NCBI GenBank assembly: GCA_009694185.1
Contig: SHVR01000005.1
Coordinates: forward strand, 10,468 to 74,467
Reading direction: 5' to 3'
Length of the DNA: 64,000 bases
Origin: Alphaproteobacteria bacterium
GTDB taxonomy: Bacteria > Pseudomonadota > Alphaproteobacteria > SHVR01
Shown here: positions 20,251 to 33,951 of the stretch, in pieces
How positions within the stretch are numbered: the stretch's first letter is position 1
How the letters are laid out: each line of letters opens with the position of its first letter
Made by a program: the position numbers and the translations under genes
Notes under the pieces: model-generated
What the model saw: the letters and a program-made list of their open reading frames with translations, nothing else
Told to the model about the DNA's origin: nothing
Databases searched by the model: none

Positions 20251-21657
20251 CTACAGCAGCATCGCGGCGGGAAACTCGATATAGCCCTTGAAGGCCGCCA
20301 GGAACTGGGCGCCGAGCACGCCATCGACCACGCGATGGTCGCACGACAGCGTGCAGGTCATGACCGTCGCGACGGCGAGCTGGCCCGCCTTCACCACCGC
20401 GCGGCGCTCGCTGGCGCCGACCGCGAGGATGCTCGACTGCGGCGGGTTGATGATCGCTTCGAAGTGCTTGATCCCGAACATGCCGAGGTTCGACAGGCTG
20501 ACGGTGCCACCCTGGAATTCCTCGAGCTTGAGTTTGCCGGTGCGCGCCCGCGCCGCCAGGTCCTTCATTTCCGCCGAGATGGCGGCGAGGCCCTTGCCAT
20601 CGGCCCCGAAGACGATCGGCGTGATCAGGCCATTGTCGATGGCCACCGCGACCGAGACATCGACCCGGCCATAACGGCGAATGCCTTCCTCGGTCCATGA
20701 GGCATTGGCGTCCGGCACCTTGCGGAGCGCCAGCGCCATGGCCTTGATGATGAAATCGTTGACCGAGAGCTTGATGCCTTCGGGGGCCCGCCCATTCAAC
20801 TCCTGGCGCACCCGCATCAACTCGTCCATCTCGCAGTCGATGGTGAGATAGATGTGCGGGATCGACTGCTTGGCCTCGGTCAGGCGGCGGGCGATCACCT
20901 TGCGCATGCCGGTGAGCGGGATGAGCTCGAACTCGGGTGTGCCGGGCAGCGGTGCCGCGGGCGACGGGGCAGCCGGCCGCGCGGCGGGTGCGGCGGCGGG
21001 TGCGGCGGGGGCGAGCACCCTGGGCACCGATCGGGCGGCTTCCACATCGGCGCGCACGATGCGTCCACCGGGCCCGCTGCCCGACACGCTTCCCAAGTCG
21101 ATGCCGGCCTCACTCGCCAGCCGCCGGGCGAGCGGGCTCACAAAAAGGCGTCCCCCCGTCCGACCGGCGCCATTCCCCCGGCCGCCCGGCACCAGGGCAT
21201 GCTCGACATCCGCCTTGGTAATCTTGCCATGGGGACCGCTGCCCGCGACGGATGCGAGGTCGAGACCCGCCTGGGCCGCCATGCGGGCGGCAAGCGGCGT
21301 TGCGGCACCGCTCGCCCCCGTCGCGGCCGGCACGGTCGCCGGGACGGGAAGCACGGCCGGCGTTACGACGGGCGCCGGGACAGGTCGCGGTGTCGGCGCC
21401 GTCGGCACCGTCTCGCCTTCACCCGCCAACAGGGCGATGACCTCGTTCACCTTGATGCCTTGGGCACCTGCCGGCACCACCAATTGGGCGACCGTGCCTT
21501 CGTCCGCCGCCTCGACTTCCATGGTGGCCTTGTCGGTTTCGATCTCGGCGATAACGTCGCCGGGGCGCACGCGGTCGCCCTCCTTGACGAGCCAGCGGAC
21601 CAGATTGCCCTCGGTCATGGTGGGCGAGAGCGCCGGCATGCGGATGCTGATCGCCAT
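20251..21657 (-). CDS. pdhC: pyruvate dehydrogenase E2, dihydrolipoamide acetyltransferase
   Basis: One lipoyl domain ([13 protein letters not shown]) and a catalytic domain with DHRVVDG. It has two peripheral-subunit-binding-like segments. Confidence 0.95.
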   Translation of the reverse strand: MAISIRMPALSPTMTEGNLVRWLVKEGDRVRPGDVIAEIETDKATMEVEAADEGTVAQLVVPAGAQGIKVNEVIALLAGEGETVPTAPTPRPVPAPVVTPAVLPVPATVPAATGASGAATPLAARMAAQAGLDLASVAGSGPHGKITKADVEHALVPGGRGNGAGRTGGRLFVSPLARRLASEAGIDLGSVSGSGPGGRIVRADVEAARSVPRVLAPAAPAAAPAARPAAPSPAAPLPGTPEFELIPLTGMRKVIARRLTEAKQSIPHIYLTIDCEMDELMRVRQELNGRAPEGIKLSVNDFIIKAMALALRKVPDANASWTEEGIRRYGRVDVSVAVAIDNGLITPIVFGADGKGLAAISAEMKDLAARARTGKLKLEEFQGGTVSLSNLGMFGIKHFEAIINPPQSSILAVGASERRAVVKAGQLAVATVMTCTLSCDHRVVDGVLGAQFLAAFKGYIEFPAAMLL

Positions 21658-21669
21658 GGCGAGCCTCGT

Positions 21670-23052
<1,383 letters not shown>

Positions 23053-23090
23053 GGTGTCCCTCGGACGATTTGTCGTTGTCGTCACGCCGT

Positions 23091-24158
23091 TCAGGCGTCA
23101 ACCAATACATCGCTATAGAGTTCCGACAGGTCCGGCTCGGGGCTGTTCTGGGCGAACTCCGCCGCTTCGGTGACGATCTCTTTCACCGCGCGGTCGATCT
23201 CCTTCAACGCCGCCTCGCTAGCAACGCGATGGCCGAGAATCAGTTCCCGAAGATGGTCGATCGGATCGCGCTCGCTGCGCATCTTGTTGACTTCATCGCG
23301 CGAGCGGTATTTCGCGGGATCGGACATGGAGTGGCCGCGATAGCGATAGGTCTCCATCTCCAGAATGACCGGCCCCTTGCCGGCGCGGGCGTGTTCCACG
23401 GCCTTGCCCGCCGCCTCCCTGACGGCCAGCACGTCCATGCCGTCCACCCGGTGGCCCGGGATGCCATAGGCCATGCCGCGCCGATAGAGCTCGCGGCCCG
23501 CCGCCGCCCGGTCGACCGAGGTGCCCATGCCGTATTTGTTGTTCTCGATCACATAGACGACCGGCAGTTTCCAGAGCGCCGCCATGTTGAAGGATTCGTA
23601 GACCTGGCCCTGGTTTGCGGCGCCGTCGCCGAAATAGGTCACCGAGACGGCGGCGATCTCTTGGTATTTCTGCGCGAAGGCGATGCCCGTGCCCAAGGGC
23701 ACTTGCGCCGCGACGATGCCATGGCCGCCATAGAAATTCTTGGCGCGGCTGAACATGTGCATGGAGCCGCCCTTGCCCTTGGAATAGCCACCGCGCCGAC
23801 CGGTCAGCTCGGCCATGACACCCGGCGCTTCCATGCCGGTGGCCAGCATGTGGCCATGATCCCGATAGCCGGTGATAACCGCGTCCTGGGCGCCGAGCGC
23901 AGCCTGCATGCCGACAACGACAGCCTCCTGGCCGATATAGAGATGACAAAAACCGCCGATCAGGCCCATGCCATACATCTGGCCGGCCTTTTCCTCGAAC
24001 CGGCGAATGAGCAGCATGTCGCGGTAGTAGCCAAGCAGGACGCTCGCCGCCGGCAAAGCGATCCGGCCGGCCTTGGATTTGTCCCGGGATTTCGTCTTGG
24101 CCGTCGCGATCGCCGCGATACCGGCGGCTGCGCTGCGTACCATGACCCAGCCTCCCAC
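23091..24158 (-). CDS. pdhA: pyruvate dehydrogenase E1 alpha subunit
   Basis: The TPP-binding motif GDGAANQG and the E1 phosphorylation-loop-like [11 protein letters not shown] are present. The true start may be the ATG 15 nt inside the ORF. Confidence 0.93.
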   Translation of the reverse strand: MGGWVMVRSAAAGIAAIATAKTKSRDKSKAGRIALPAASVLLGYYRDMLLIRRFEEKAGQMYGMGLIGGFCHLYIGQEAVVVGMQAALGAQDAVITGYRDHGHMLATGMEAPGVMAELTGRRGGYSKGKGGSMHMFSRAKNFYGGHGIVAAQVPLGTGIAFAQKYQEIAAVSVTYFGDGAANQGQVYESFNMAALWKLPVVYVIENNKYGMGTSVDRAAAGRELYRRGMAYGIPGHRVDGMDVLAVREAAGKAVEHARAGKGPVILEMETYRYRGHSMSDPAKYRSRDEVNKMRSERDPIDHLRELILGHRVASEAALKEIDRAVKEIVTEAAEFAQNSPEPDLSELYSDVLVDA

Positions 24159-24289
24159 ATTGCTTCGTTGGCACGGACTTGAAGCCCGGCAGCCATAGCT
24201 AGCCCGAAAGCGAGCCGTTTGGCAACTGAGTGCGCGCCGGGGAGTTTTTTTGTAACTTATTGCTGCACCGCAATAAAACAGGTGTAAGC

Positions 24290-24679
24290 TTAATTCCGGT
24301 TAACGCCTCTGTGCATGGCCGGCTGGGTCCCCGGCAGGCGTTCCGTCGCCTCGTCCCGCGACCCCGACAAAGGGAGGACGACGATCAGGTCGCCCGGCCG
24401 TCCGACGTTCAGGAGGCGGCGCGCCTGCTCTTCCAGCATATCGGCATCGAGATGCTCCGGGCGCAACAGGGACGCGCGCCGCTCCAGGGCGTCGCGCTCG
24501 CCATGTACTTCGGCCAGCGTGTCGCGCGCCAGGGCGATCTCCTGGTCGAGCTGGATCAGGGCCAGCATGCTGCGATTGCCGTTCAGCAAATGATAGCCGA
24601 AATAGCAGGCGATGCAGGCTCCGAGCAGAGGCCCCAACATCAGTTTCGCCCGGCGGCGGATGTCCACGATCAACGGCAT
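24290..24679 (-). CDS. ftsB: septum formation initiator FtsB/DivIC family protein
   Basis: It has an N-terminal TM helix and a coiled coil, and it occupies the conserved position between eno and pdhA. Confidence 0.8.
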   Translation of the reverse strand: MPLIVDIRRRAKLMLGPLLGACIACYFGYHLLNGNRSMLALIQLDQEIALARDTLAEVHGERDALERRASLLRPEHLDADMLEEQARRLLNVGRPGDLIVVLPLSGSRDEATERLPGTQPAMHRGVNRN

Positions 24680-24767
24680 GGCATAGAAGAATCACGGCTG
24701 CGTCCACCGCGTCAACAAAAACCCACCTGCCCGTCATCTTGAAACCGCTCTTGCGGTCCGCTGATAA

Positions 24768-24900
24768 ACGTCCTTTGGCTTTGCGAGGAGGCCGGCAGGC
24801 CGACGTGGCAATCCAGAAATCGGCGGATTTACGCCATTTTTTCTGGATCGCCACGGACGCTACGCGGCCTCGCGACGACGGTCGGGAGGGTTTTTCAGCA
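24768..24900. repeat. intergenic repeat element, copy 1 (about 130 bp), between the eno stop and the ftsB start
   Basis: It aligns at about 82% identity with 33814..33945, with shared blocks ttgcgagg..gccggcaggccgacg.ggcaa.ccagaaatcgg....ccattttt.c.ggatcgccacggacgc.acgcg.cctcgcga.gacg. Confidence 0.8.
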
Positions 24901-24930
24901 AACTGCCAGAACCCGAAGAACCGGCGCGGG

Positions 24931-26244
<1,314 letters not shown>

Positions 26245-27096
26245 TCAGGTGAGTTGCAGAGGGTTCGCCTTGGCGATGCCATCGAACGTCATCAGGGTAC
26301 GCGCCAGCCCCTCGAACCGGTCAAGGGGGACCATGTTCGGCCCATCGCTCGGCGCCTTGTCCGGGTCCTGGTGGGTCTCGATGAAGACGGCAGCCACACC
26401 GGCGGCAACGGCGGCGCGGGCCAGGACGGGAACGAACTGGCGCTCGCCACCGGAAGCATTCCCGCGTCCACCCGGCTGCTGCACCGAATGGGTCGCATCG
26501 AACACGACGGGATGGCCGAGCCCGGCCAGGATCGGCAGGGCGCGCATGTCGCTGACCAACGTGTTGTAGCCGAAGCTGGTACCCCGCTCGGTCACGAGGA
26601 TACGCTGGCAGCCGCCGCGCTCCAGCTTGGCCGTCACATTGGCCATGTCCCAGGGTGCGAGGAATTGGCCCTTCTTGACGTTGACGGCGCGGCCCGTCGC
26701 CGCCGCCGCCAGCAAGAGGTCGGTCTGGCGGCAGAGGAAGGCCGGAATCTGGATGACGTCGACATATTCGGCGACCTCCGCGCATTGCCTCGGGTCATGC
26801 ACGTCGGTCAGCACCGGACAGCCCCAGCGCTCGCGCACCTCGGCCAGGATCGGCAGGCTCTCCCGCATGCCGAGGCCGCGCGGACCGTCCAGGCTGGTGC
26901 GATTGGCCTTGTCGAACGAGGTCTTGTATATGAGGCCAATGCCGAGGCGCCGGGCGATCTCCGCCAGCGCGTGCGACATCTCAAGGGCGTGCGCCCGGCT
27001 TTCCAGCGCGCAGGGACCGGCAATGAGGACCAGCGGCCGGTCGTTGCCGATCTCGACCGGCCCAATGGTAAAGCGCTGGTGCGGTGGCGCGGGCAT
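26245..27096 (-). CDS. kdsA: 3-deoxy-8-phosphooctulonate synthase
   Basis: It matches the DAHP/KDO8P synthase family (LIAGPCALES..., GLIYK.SFDKANRTS). Confidence 0.93.
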   Translation of the reverse strand: MPAPPHQRFTIGPVEIGNDRPLVLIAGPCALESRAHALEMSHALAEIARRLGIGLIYKTSFDKANRTSLDGPRGLGMRESLPILAEVRERWGCPVLTDVHDPRQCAEVAEYVDVIQIPAFLCRQTDLLLAAAATGRAVNVKKGQFLAPWDMANVTAKLERGGCQRILVTERGTSFGYNTLVSDMRALPILAGLGHPVVFDATHSVQQPGGRGNASGGERQFVPVLARAAVAAGVAAVFIETHQDPDKAPSDGPNMVPLDRFEGLARTLMTFDGIAKANPLQLT

Positions 27097-27101
27097 CGTC
27101 C

Positions 27102-29119
<2,018 letters not shown>

Positions 29120-29239
29120 GGGTCCCGCGCGCATGCACAGCACTCACCGGCGGTGGCGGGTGAAGCTGGGGCAGTCCGGTTGGATGGCGGCACTTTTAAC
29201 CTCTTGGGCGCCGCCGCGCTAGTGGCATGTTTTCCCCCA

Positions 29240-29995
29240 TCAGGCGGACACGCTCATGGCGATGGCCCAGAATTCGTCCGGATCCAGGCTGGCGCCGCCA
29301 ACGAGCGCGCCATCGACGTTCGAAACGGCCATCAGCTCGGCCGCGTTGCCTGCCTTGACCGAGCCGCCATAGAGGATGCGCATGGCCTCGGCCGTCGCGA
29401 ATCGGGTACCGAGAGCCGCGCGGATGGCGTCATGCACACCGGCCACGTCCCCCGGCGTTGGCGTCCGCCCGGTGCCGATAGCCCAGACCGGTTCGTAGGC
29501 CACCACGACATTGCCCGCCGTGGCACCTTCCGGCAGCGAGCCCGCCAACTGGCGCCGGATGACGTCGAGGGTTCGGCCGGAATCCCGTTCGGCCTGGGTC
29601 TCGCCGACGCAGACGATGGCGGTCAAGCCGGCCCGATGGGCGGCTTCGGCCTTGGCGCGGACCGTGGTGTCATCCTCGCCGTGGCCGGCGCGGCGCTCGG
29701 AATGACCCGTCAGCACATAGCGGCAACCGAGATCGGCCAGCATTTCCGCACTCACATCGCCAGTGAAGGCCCCCGACGGCCGGACATGGCAATCCTGGCC
29801 GCCGAGCGCGATCGCGGTGGCGCCAAGCGCCTTGCCCACCATGGCGATCAGCGTCGCGGGTGGGCAAACCAGCAGCTCCACGGCCCGCGGCATTCCACCC
29901 GCGCGGGTCGCCAGCGCCGCCGCAAGAGCAACACCGTCCTTGCCGCGGCCATTCATCTTCCAGTTTCCGGCCACCATCGGCCGTCGATCAGCCAT
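29240..29995 (-). CDS. tpiA: triosephosphate isomerase
   Basis: It starts [10 protein letters not shown] and has the catalytic-loop sequence [11 protein letters not shown]. The ATG is at 29995. Confidence 0.95.
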   Translation of the reverse strand: MADRRPMVAGNWKMNGRGKDGVALAAALATRAGGMPRAVELLVCPPATLIAMVGKALGATAIALGGQDCHVRPSGAFTGDVSAEMLADLGCRYVLTGHSERRAGHGEDDTTVRAKAEAAHRAGLTAIVCVGETQAERDSGRTLDVIRRQLAGSLPEGATAGNVVVAYEPVWAIGTGRTPTPGDVAGVHDAIRAALGTRFATAEAMRILYGGSVKAGNAAELMAVSNVDGALVGGASLDPDEFWAIAMSVSA

Positions 29996-30137
29996 CGCCT
30001 GCCCTTCCCTGCCGTATCGACCGTTGCCGGACTCCAGTCCCCTCCCTATCATGGCGCCGGCTTTCATGGATCGCCATCCCCCGCATGCCGAAACGCTGGG
30101 CGGGCAGCCTGGGCGGGCAGCGAAGAGTATCAGAATC

Positions 30138-32021
30138 ATGTTCCTGAGTTCCCTCCGACAGTCCGCCGCTTCCTGGGTTGCCAAGATTCTGTTCGTCCTG
30201 CTGATCGCAAGCTTCGCCGCCTGGGGTATCGGCGATTGGCTGCGCCCGCGGGCGCAGCCGCCGCTCGCCACGGTCGGGGACGTGCCCATTTCCGCGAACC
30301 AATTCAACCAGGCCTTCAACCGAGAGTTCAACCGCCTCCGGCAGGCGTTCGGCGGCCAATTGGACCGCGACATGGCGGTCCAACTGGGCCTGCCACGCCA
30401 GATTCTCGACCGGATGGTCAGCACCGAACTGCTGCGCCTCGAGGCGGCCCAACTCGGGATTGCCGTGGCCGATCATCTTGTCCGCGCGCGCATCCAGTCC
30501 GACCCGACCTTCCAGATGGGCGGACGGTTCGATCGGCTCCGCTTCGACCAGGCGATGAGGAGCAACAATTTGACCGAGGAGGGTTTTGTCGAGAGCCTGC
30601 GCGCCGATCTGGCGCGCGCCCAACTGACCGAGGCGTTGCAGGTTGGCGCCAAGGCGCCCCGCGCCATGACCGCCCTGTTACACGCCCATCGCGCCGAGCA
30701 GCGGATCGGCGAAGTCATGCTGTTGCCGGCGGCATCCATTGCCGCGCCGCCCGAGCCGAGCGAGGCGGATCTGGCGAACTTCCACCAGGACCAGGCCGAG
30801 CGTTTCATGGCACCCGAATACCGCGCCGTCACGGCCATCGTCTTGAGCCCCGAGGACGTGGCGGATCAGGTCGACATTTCGCCCGAACAGGTGAGTGAGG
30901 CCTATGACAGCCGGCTCGAAGAGTTCGTGGTGCCGGAGCGCCGCGAGGTCACTCAGTTGCTGTTCAAGGACGAGGCCGCGGCCAAGGCCACCCACGAGCG
31001 CCTCGCCGGTGGCGCCAGTTTCGCGGCGGTCGCGAGCGAGGCAACAGCCCTGGGCGCCAACCTCACGGAGATTGGCGACGTACGGACGGGCGAGCTGTTT
31101 CCGGAATTGGTCGAACAAGCGGTCTTCGGCCTTGCCAGCGCGGGCGTCACCGAACCGGTCAACACCGTGCTTGGCTGGCATCTGCTCAAGGTCGACCGAA
31201 TCACACCCGCGAGCGTGATGTCCTATGGCACGGTCAGCGACGGGCTGCGCGCCGAATTGGCGCTCGCCCAAGCGGGCGACGTTCTGCATGGCCTGGCCCG
31301 GCGGCTCGAGGACAGTTTGGCCGCCGGCACCAGCCTGGAAGAGGCCGCGACCGCCCTCAAGCTTCGCCTGATCAAGGTGGCGGCGATGGATCGCGGCGGC
31401 ATGGACCCCGCGGGCCTGCGTGTCGAGGGTCTGCCGCCGGGCCCCGCGGCGATCAACACCGTCTTTTCCTTGGCTGTCGGCCGCGAGGGCACGTTGACCG
31501 ATACCCCGGATGGCGGGTCGTTCGTCGTCCGGGTCGATGGCATGACGCCCTCGGCGCTGAAGCCGCTGGAAACCGTGCGCGAACAAGTGGGCACCCTTTG
31601 GCGCCGCAAGGCCCGGACGGAACTGGGCCAACAAGCCGCCCAGGCTCTCGCCAACCAGGTGGCGGGCGGTGAGAGCTTCGCCGAACTGGCGACCGCGCAA
31701 AAGCTGGAGACCCGCGTCACGGCGCCGTTCGGGCGCACCATGGACGACCCCCAACTCTGGCTACCCGGGGAACTGGTCCGCCTGCTGTTCGAGGCGAAGA
31801 CCGGCGATCTGGTGCTCGCACCGCTGGCCGACGGGTTTGCCATCGCCCGCCTCACCGACGTGCGCGCGGCCGACGTGGCGACCAACGACGCGGCACTCAA
31901 GGGTCTCGGCGATCAGGTGAGCAACGCCATCGGGGCCGACTTGCTGGCGCAATTCGAGACGGTGCTGCGCCGGCAATATGGCGTCACCGTCAACGAGCGC
32001 GCGCTCGCCACCATGTTTTGA
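30138..32021 (+). CDS. ppiD: periplasmic peptidyl-prolyl isomerase PpiD/SurA-like chaperone
   Basis: An N-terminal TM anchor is followed by a SurA_N-like domain and a parvulin-like region. It lies divergent to tpiA and upstream of trpE, as is conserved. Confidence 0.8.
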   Translation: MFLSSLRQSAASWVAKILFVLLIASFAAWGIGDWLRPRAQPPLATVGDVPISANQFNQAFNREFNRLRQAFGGQLDRDMAVQLGLPRQILDRMVSTELLRLEAAQLGIAVADHLVRARIQSDPTFQMGGRFDRLRFDQAMRSNNLTEEGFVESLRADLARAQLTEALQVGAKAPRAMTALLHAHRAEQRIGEVMLLPAASIAAPPEPSEADLANFHQDQAERFMAPEYRAVTAIVLSPEDVADQVDISPEQVSEAYDSRLEEFVVPERREVTQLLFKDEAAAKATHERLAGGASFAAVASEATALGANLTEIGDVRTGELFPELVEQAVFGLASAGVTEPVNTVLGWHLLKVDRITPASVMSYGTVSDGLRAELALAQAGDVLHGLARRLEDSLAAGTSLEEAATALKLRLIKVAAMDRGGMDPAGLRVEGLPPGPAAINTVFSLAVGREGTLTDTPDGGSFVVRVDGMTPSALKPLETVREQVGTLWRRKARTELGQQAAQALANQVAGGESFAELATAQKLETRVTAPFGRTMDDPQLWLPGELVRLLFEAKTGDLVLAPLADGFAIARLTDVRAADVATNDAALKGLGDQVSNAIGADLLAQFETVLRRQYGVTVNERALATMF

Positions 32022-33541
32022 TCGGACCCGCCGCCATGCTGCCGAACTTCCCGGATTTCGCCAGGCGCTTTCAGGCCGGCAAGCCGCAAGTGATGTGGAC
32101 CAATTTCGTGGCCGATCTGGAGACTCCGGTATCGGTGCTCTTGAAGCTCGCCGACGGGCGGCCGAACAGCTTCCTGCTGGAATCGGTCGAGGGCGGCGCC
32201 ATTCGCGGCCGCTATTCCATTGTCGGCCTGAAACCCGACCTGATCTGGCGCTGCCGCGGTATCCAGGCCGAAATCAACCGCCGGGCGCGCATCGACCCGA
32301 CCGTCTTCGAGCCCTGCCCCGAGGGTGCCCTCGATTCACTCCGTGCCCTGATTTCCGACTGCCGCATCGAGGACCTGCCGCCCAACCTGCCGCCCATGGC
32401 GGCGGGCCTGGTGGGCTACATGGCCTATGACATGGTGCGCCTGATCGAGCATCTCCCCGACGTCAATCCGGACCCGATCGGCGTGCCCGACGGCATGTTC
32501 CTGCGCCCGACCATCATGGCGGTATTCGACAATATCGAGGACACGCTCGCCATCGTGACCCCGGTCTGGCCGGACCCGGGCATGACCGCCCGGGTCGCCT
32601 ATGACCGGGCGGCGGAGCGCCTCGGCGACGCGGTGGCCGACCTGGAGCGCCCCCTTGCCCACCGCCGCGAGCCCGCCGACACCGAAGATGCGCCGGCCGA
32701 GCCCCGCTCCAACGTGACGCGCGAGCGCTTCCACTGGATGGTGGAGAAGGCCAAGGAATATATCCGCGCCGGCGACGCCTTCCAGGTCGTGCCGTCGCAG
32801 CGCTTCGCGATCCCGTTCAAATTGCCGCCGCTCGCCCTCTACCGCGCGCTGCGCCGGCTCAATCCCTCGCCGTTCCTGTTCTTCCTCGATTTCGGCGGCT
32901 TCGCCATTGTCGGTTCCAGCCCCGAGATCCTGGTCAGGGTGCGCGACGGCAAGGTGACCATCCGGCCGCTGGCCGGCACCAGGCGGCGCGGCAAGGACGC
33001 GGCCGAGGACCGGGCGCTCGCGGAGGAACTGTTGTCGGATCCCAAGGAGCTCGCCGAGCATCTGATGCTGCTCGATCTCGGCCGCAACGATGTGGGACGG
33101 GTTGCTCGCATCGGCAGCGTGCGCGTCGTCGAGCAGTTCGAGATCGAATATTATTCCCATGTCATGCATATCAGCTCGACCGTCGAGGGCGATATCGCCG
33201 AGGGTTGCGACGCGGTCACCGCGCTGATGGGCGGATTTCCGGCCGGCACCGTCTCCGGTGCCCCCAAGGTGCGCGCCATGGAGATCATCGACGAGATCGA
33301 GACCGAGAAGCGCGGCATCTACGCCGGCTGCATCGGCTATTTCGCCGCCAACGGCACCATGGACACCTGCATCGCCTTGCGCACCGGCCTGGTCAAGGAT
33401 GGCATCCTCTATGTCCAGGCGGGCGGCGGCGTCGTCGCCGACAGCGTGCCCGAGACCGAGTATCAGGAGAGCATCGACAAGGCCCGCGCCCTCATGCGCG
33501 CCGCCGAGGAAGCCATCCGCTTCGCCCAGCGCAACGATTAG
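32018..33541 (+). CDS. trpE: anthranilate synthase component I
   Basis: The chorismate-binding signature is present (SPE.L.R...G....RPLAGT, GGVVADS). It overlaps the ppiD stop by 4 nt. Confidence 0.95.
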   Translation: MIGPAAMLPNFPDFARRFQAGKPQVMWTNFVADLETPVSVLLKLADGRPNSFLLESVEGGAIRGRYSIVGLKPDLIWRCRGIQAEINRRARIDPTVFEPCPEGALDSLRALISDCRIEDLPPNLPPMAAGLVGYMAYDMVRLIEHLPDVNPDPIGVPDGMFLRPTIMAVFDNIEDTLAIVTPVWPDPGMTARVAYDRAAERLGDAVADLERPLAHRREPADTEDAPAEPRSNVTRERFHWMVEKAKEYIRAGDAFQVVPSQRFAIPFKLPPLALYRALRRLNPSPFLFFLDFGGFAIVGSSPEILVRVRDGKVTIRPLAGTRRRGKDAAEDRALAEELLSDPKELAEHLMLLDLGRNDVGRVARIGSVRVVEQFEIEYYSHVMHISSTVEGDIAEGCDAVTALMGGFPAGTVSGAPKVRAMEIIDEIETEKRGIYAGCIGYFAANGTMDTCIALRTGLVKDGILYVQAGGGVVADSVPETEYQESIDKARALMRAAEEAIRFAQRND

Positions 33542-33828
33542 CCGGCGGCCTGCTGGGGCCGCTTGGCCTTGCCGGCGTAGCGCGGAATGTCGCGAAGCGC
33601 GGCGCCCAAAGCCTGCTCGGCAAGGCGCAGCTCGTAATTCTTCTGTAGGTTCATCCAAATATCCGGGCCGGTGGCGAACCAGCGGCCGAGGCGCAACGCG
33701 GTGTCGCCGCTGATGCCGCGCTTGCCGGCGATGATTTGGCTGACGCGGTTGGCGGGCGCGCCGATCTGCTTGGCCAGCTGGTTGGCGCTGACGGCGATGG
33801 CCTGCCGAAAACCTCCTTTTGTCGTCAT
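33538..33828 (-). CDS. higA: HigA-family addiction-module antidote / XRE-type HTH protein, with no adjacent toxin
   Basis: NRVSQIIAGKRGISGDTALRLGRWF is the HigA/VapI HTH signature. The ATG is at 33828. The longer track ORF to 33900 would read through the repeat element. Confidence 0.75.
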   Translation of the reverse strand: MTTKGGFRQAIAVSANQLAKQIGAPANRVSQIIAGKRGISGDTALRLGRWFATGPDIWMNLQKNYELRLAEQALGAALRDIPRYAGKAKRPQQAAG

Positions 33829-33945
33829 TGCGAGGCGGCCGGCAGGCCGACGCGGCAAACCAGAAATCGGTGCTTCCACACCATTTTTCCGGATCGCCAC
33901 GGACGCGACGCGTCCTCGCGATGACGATCCGGCGGCATCTTCAAC
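33814..33945. repeat. intergenic repeat element, copy 2, immediately upstream of higA
   Basis: It is homologous to 24768..24900 and contains the ccggatcg...cgatccgg and ggacgcgacgcgtcc inverted repeats. Confidence 0.8.
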
Positions 33946-33951
33946 AGTCCG

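Noticed and set aside
33538-33900. Longer HigA ORF (120 aa) starting at 33900
   Set aside because: The first 24 codons lie inside the intergenic repeat element and have no counterpart in HigA family proteins. The ATG at 33828 gives a typical 96-aa HigA.
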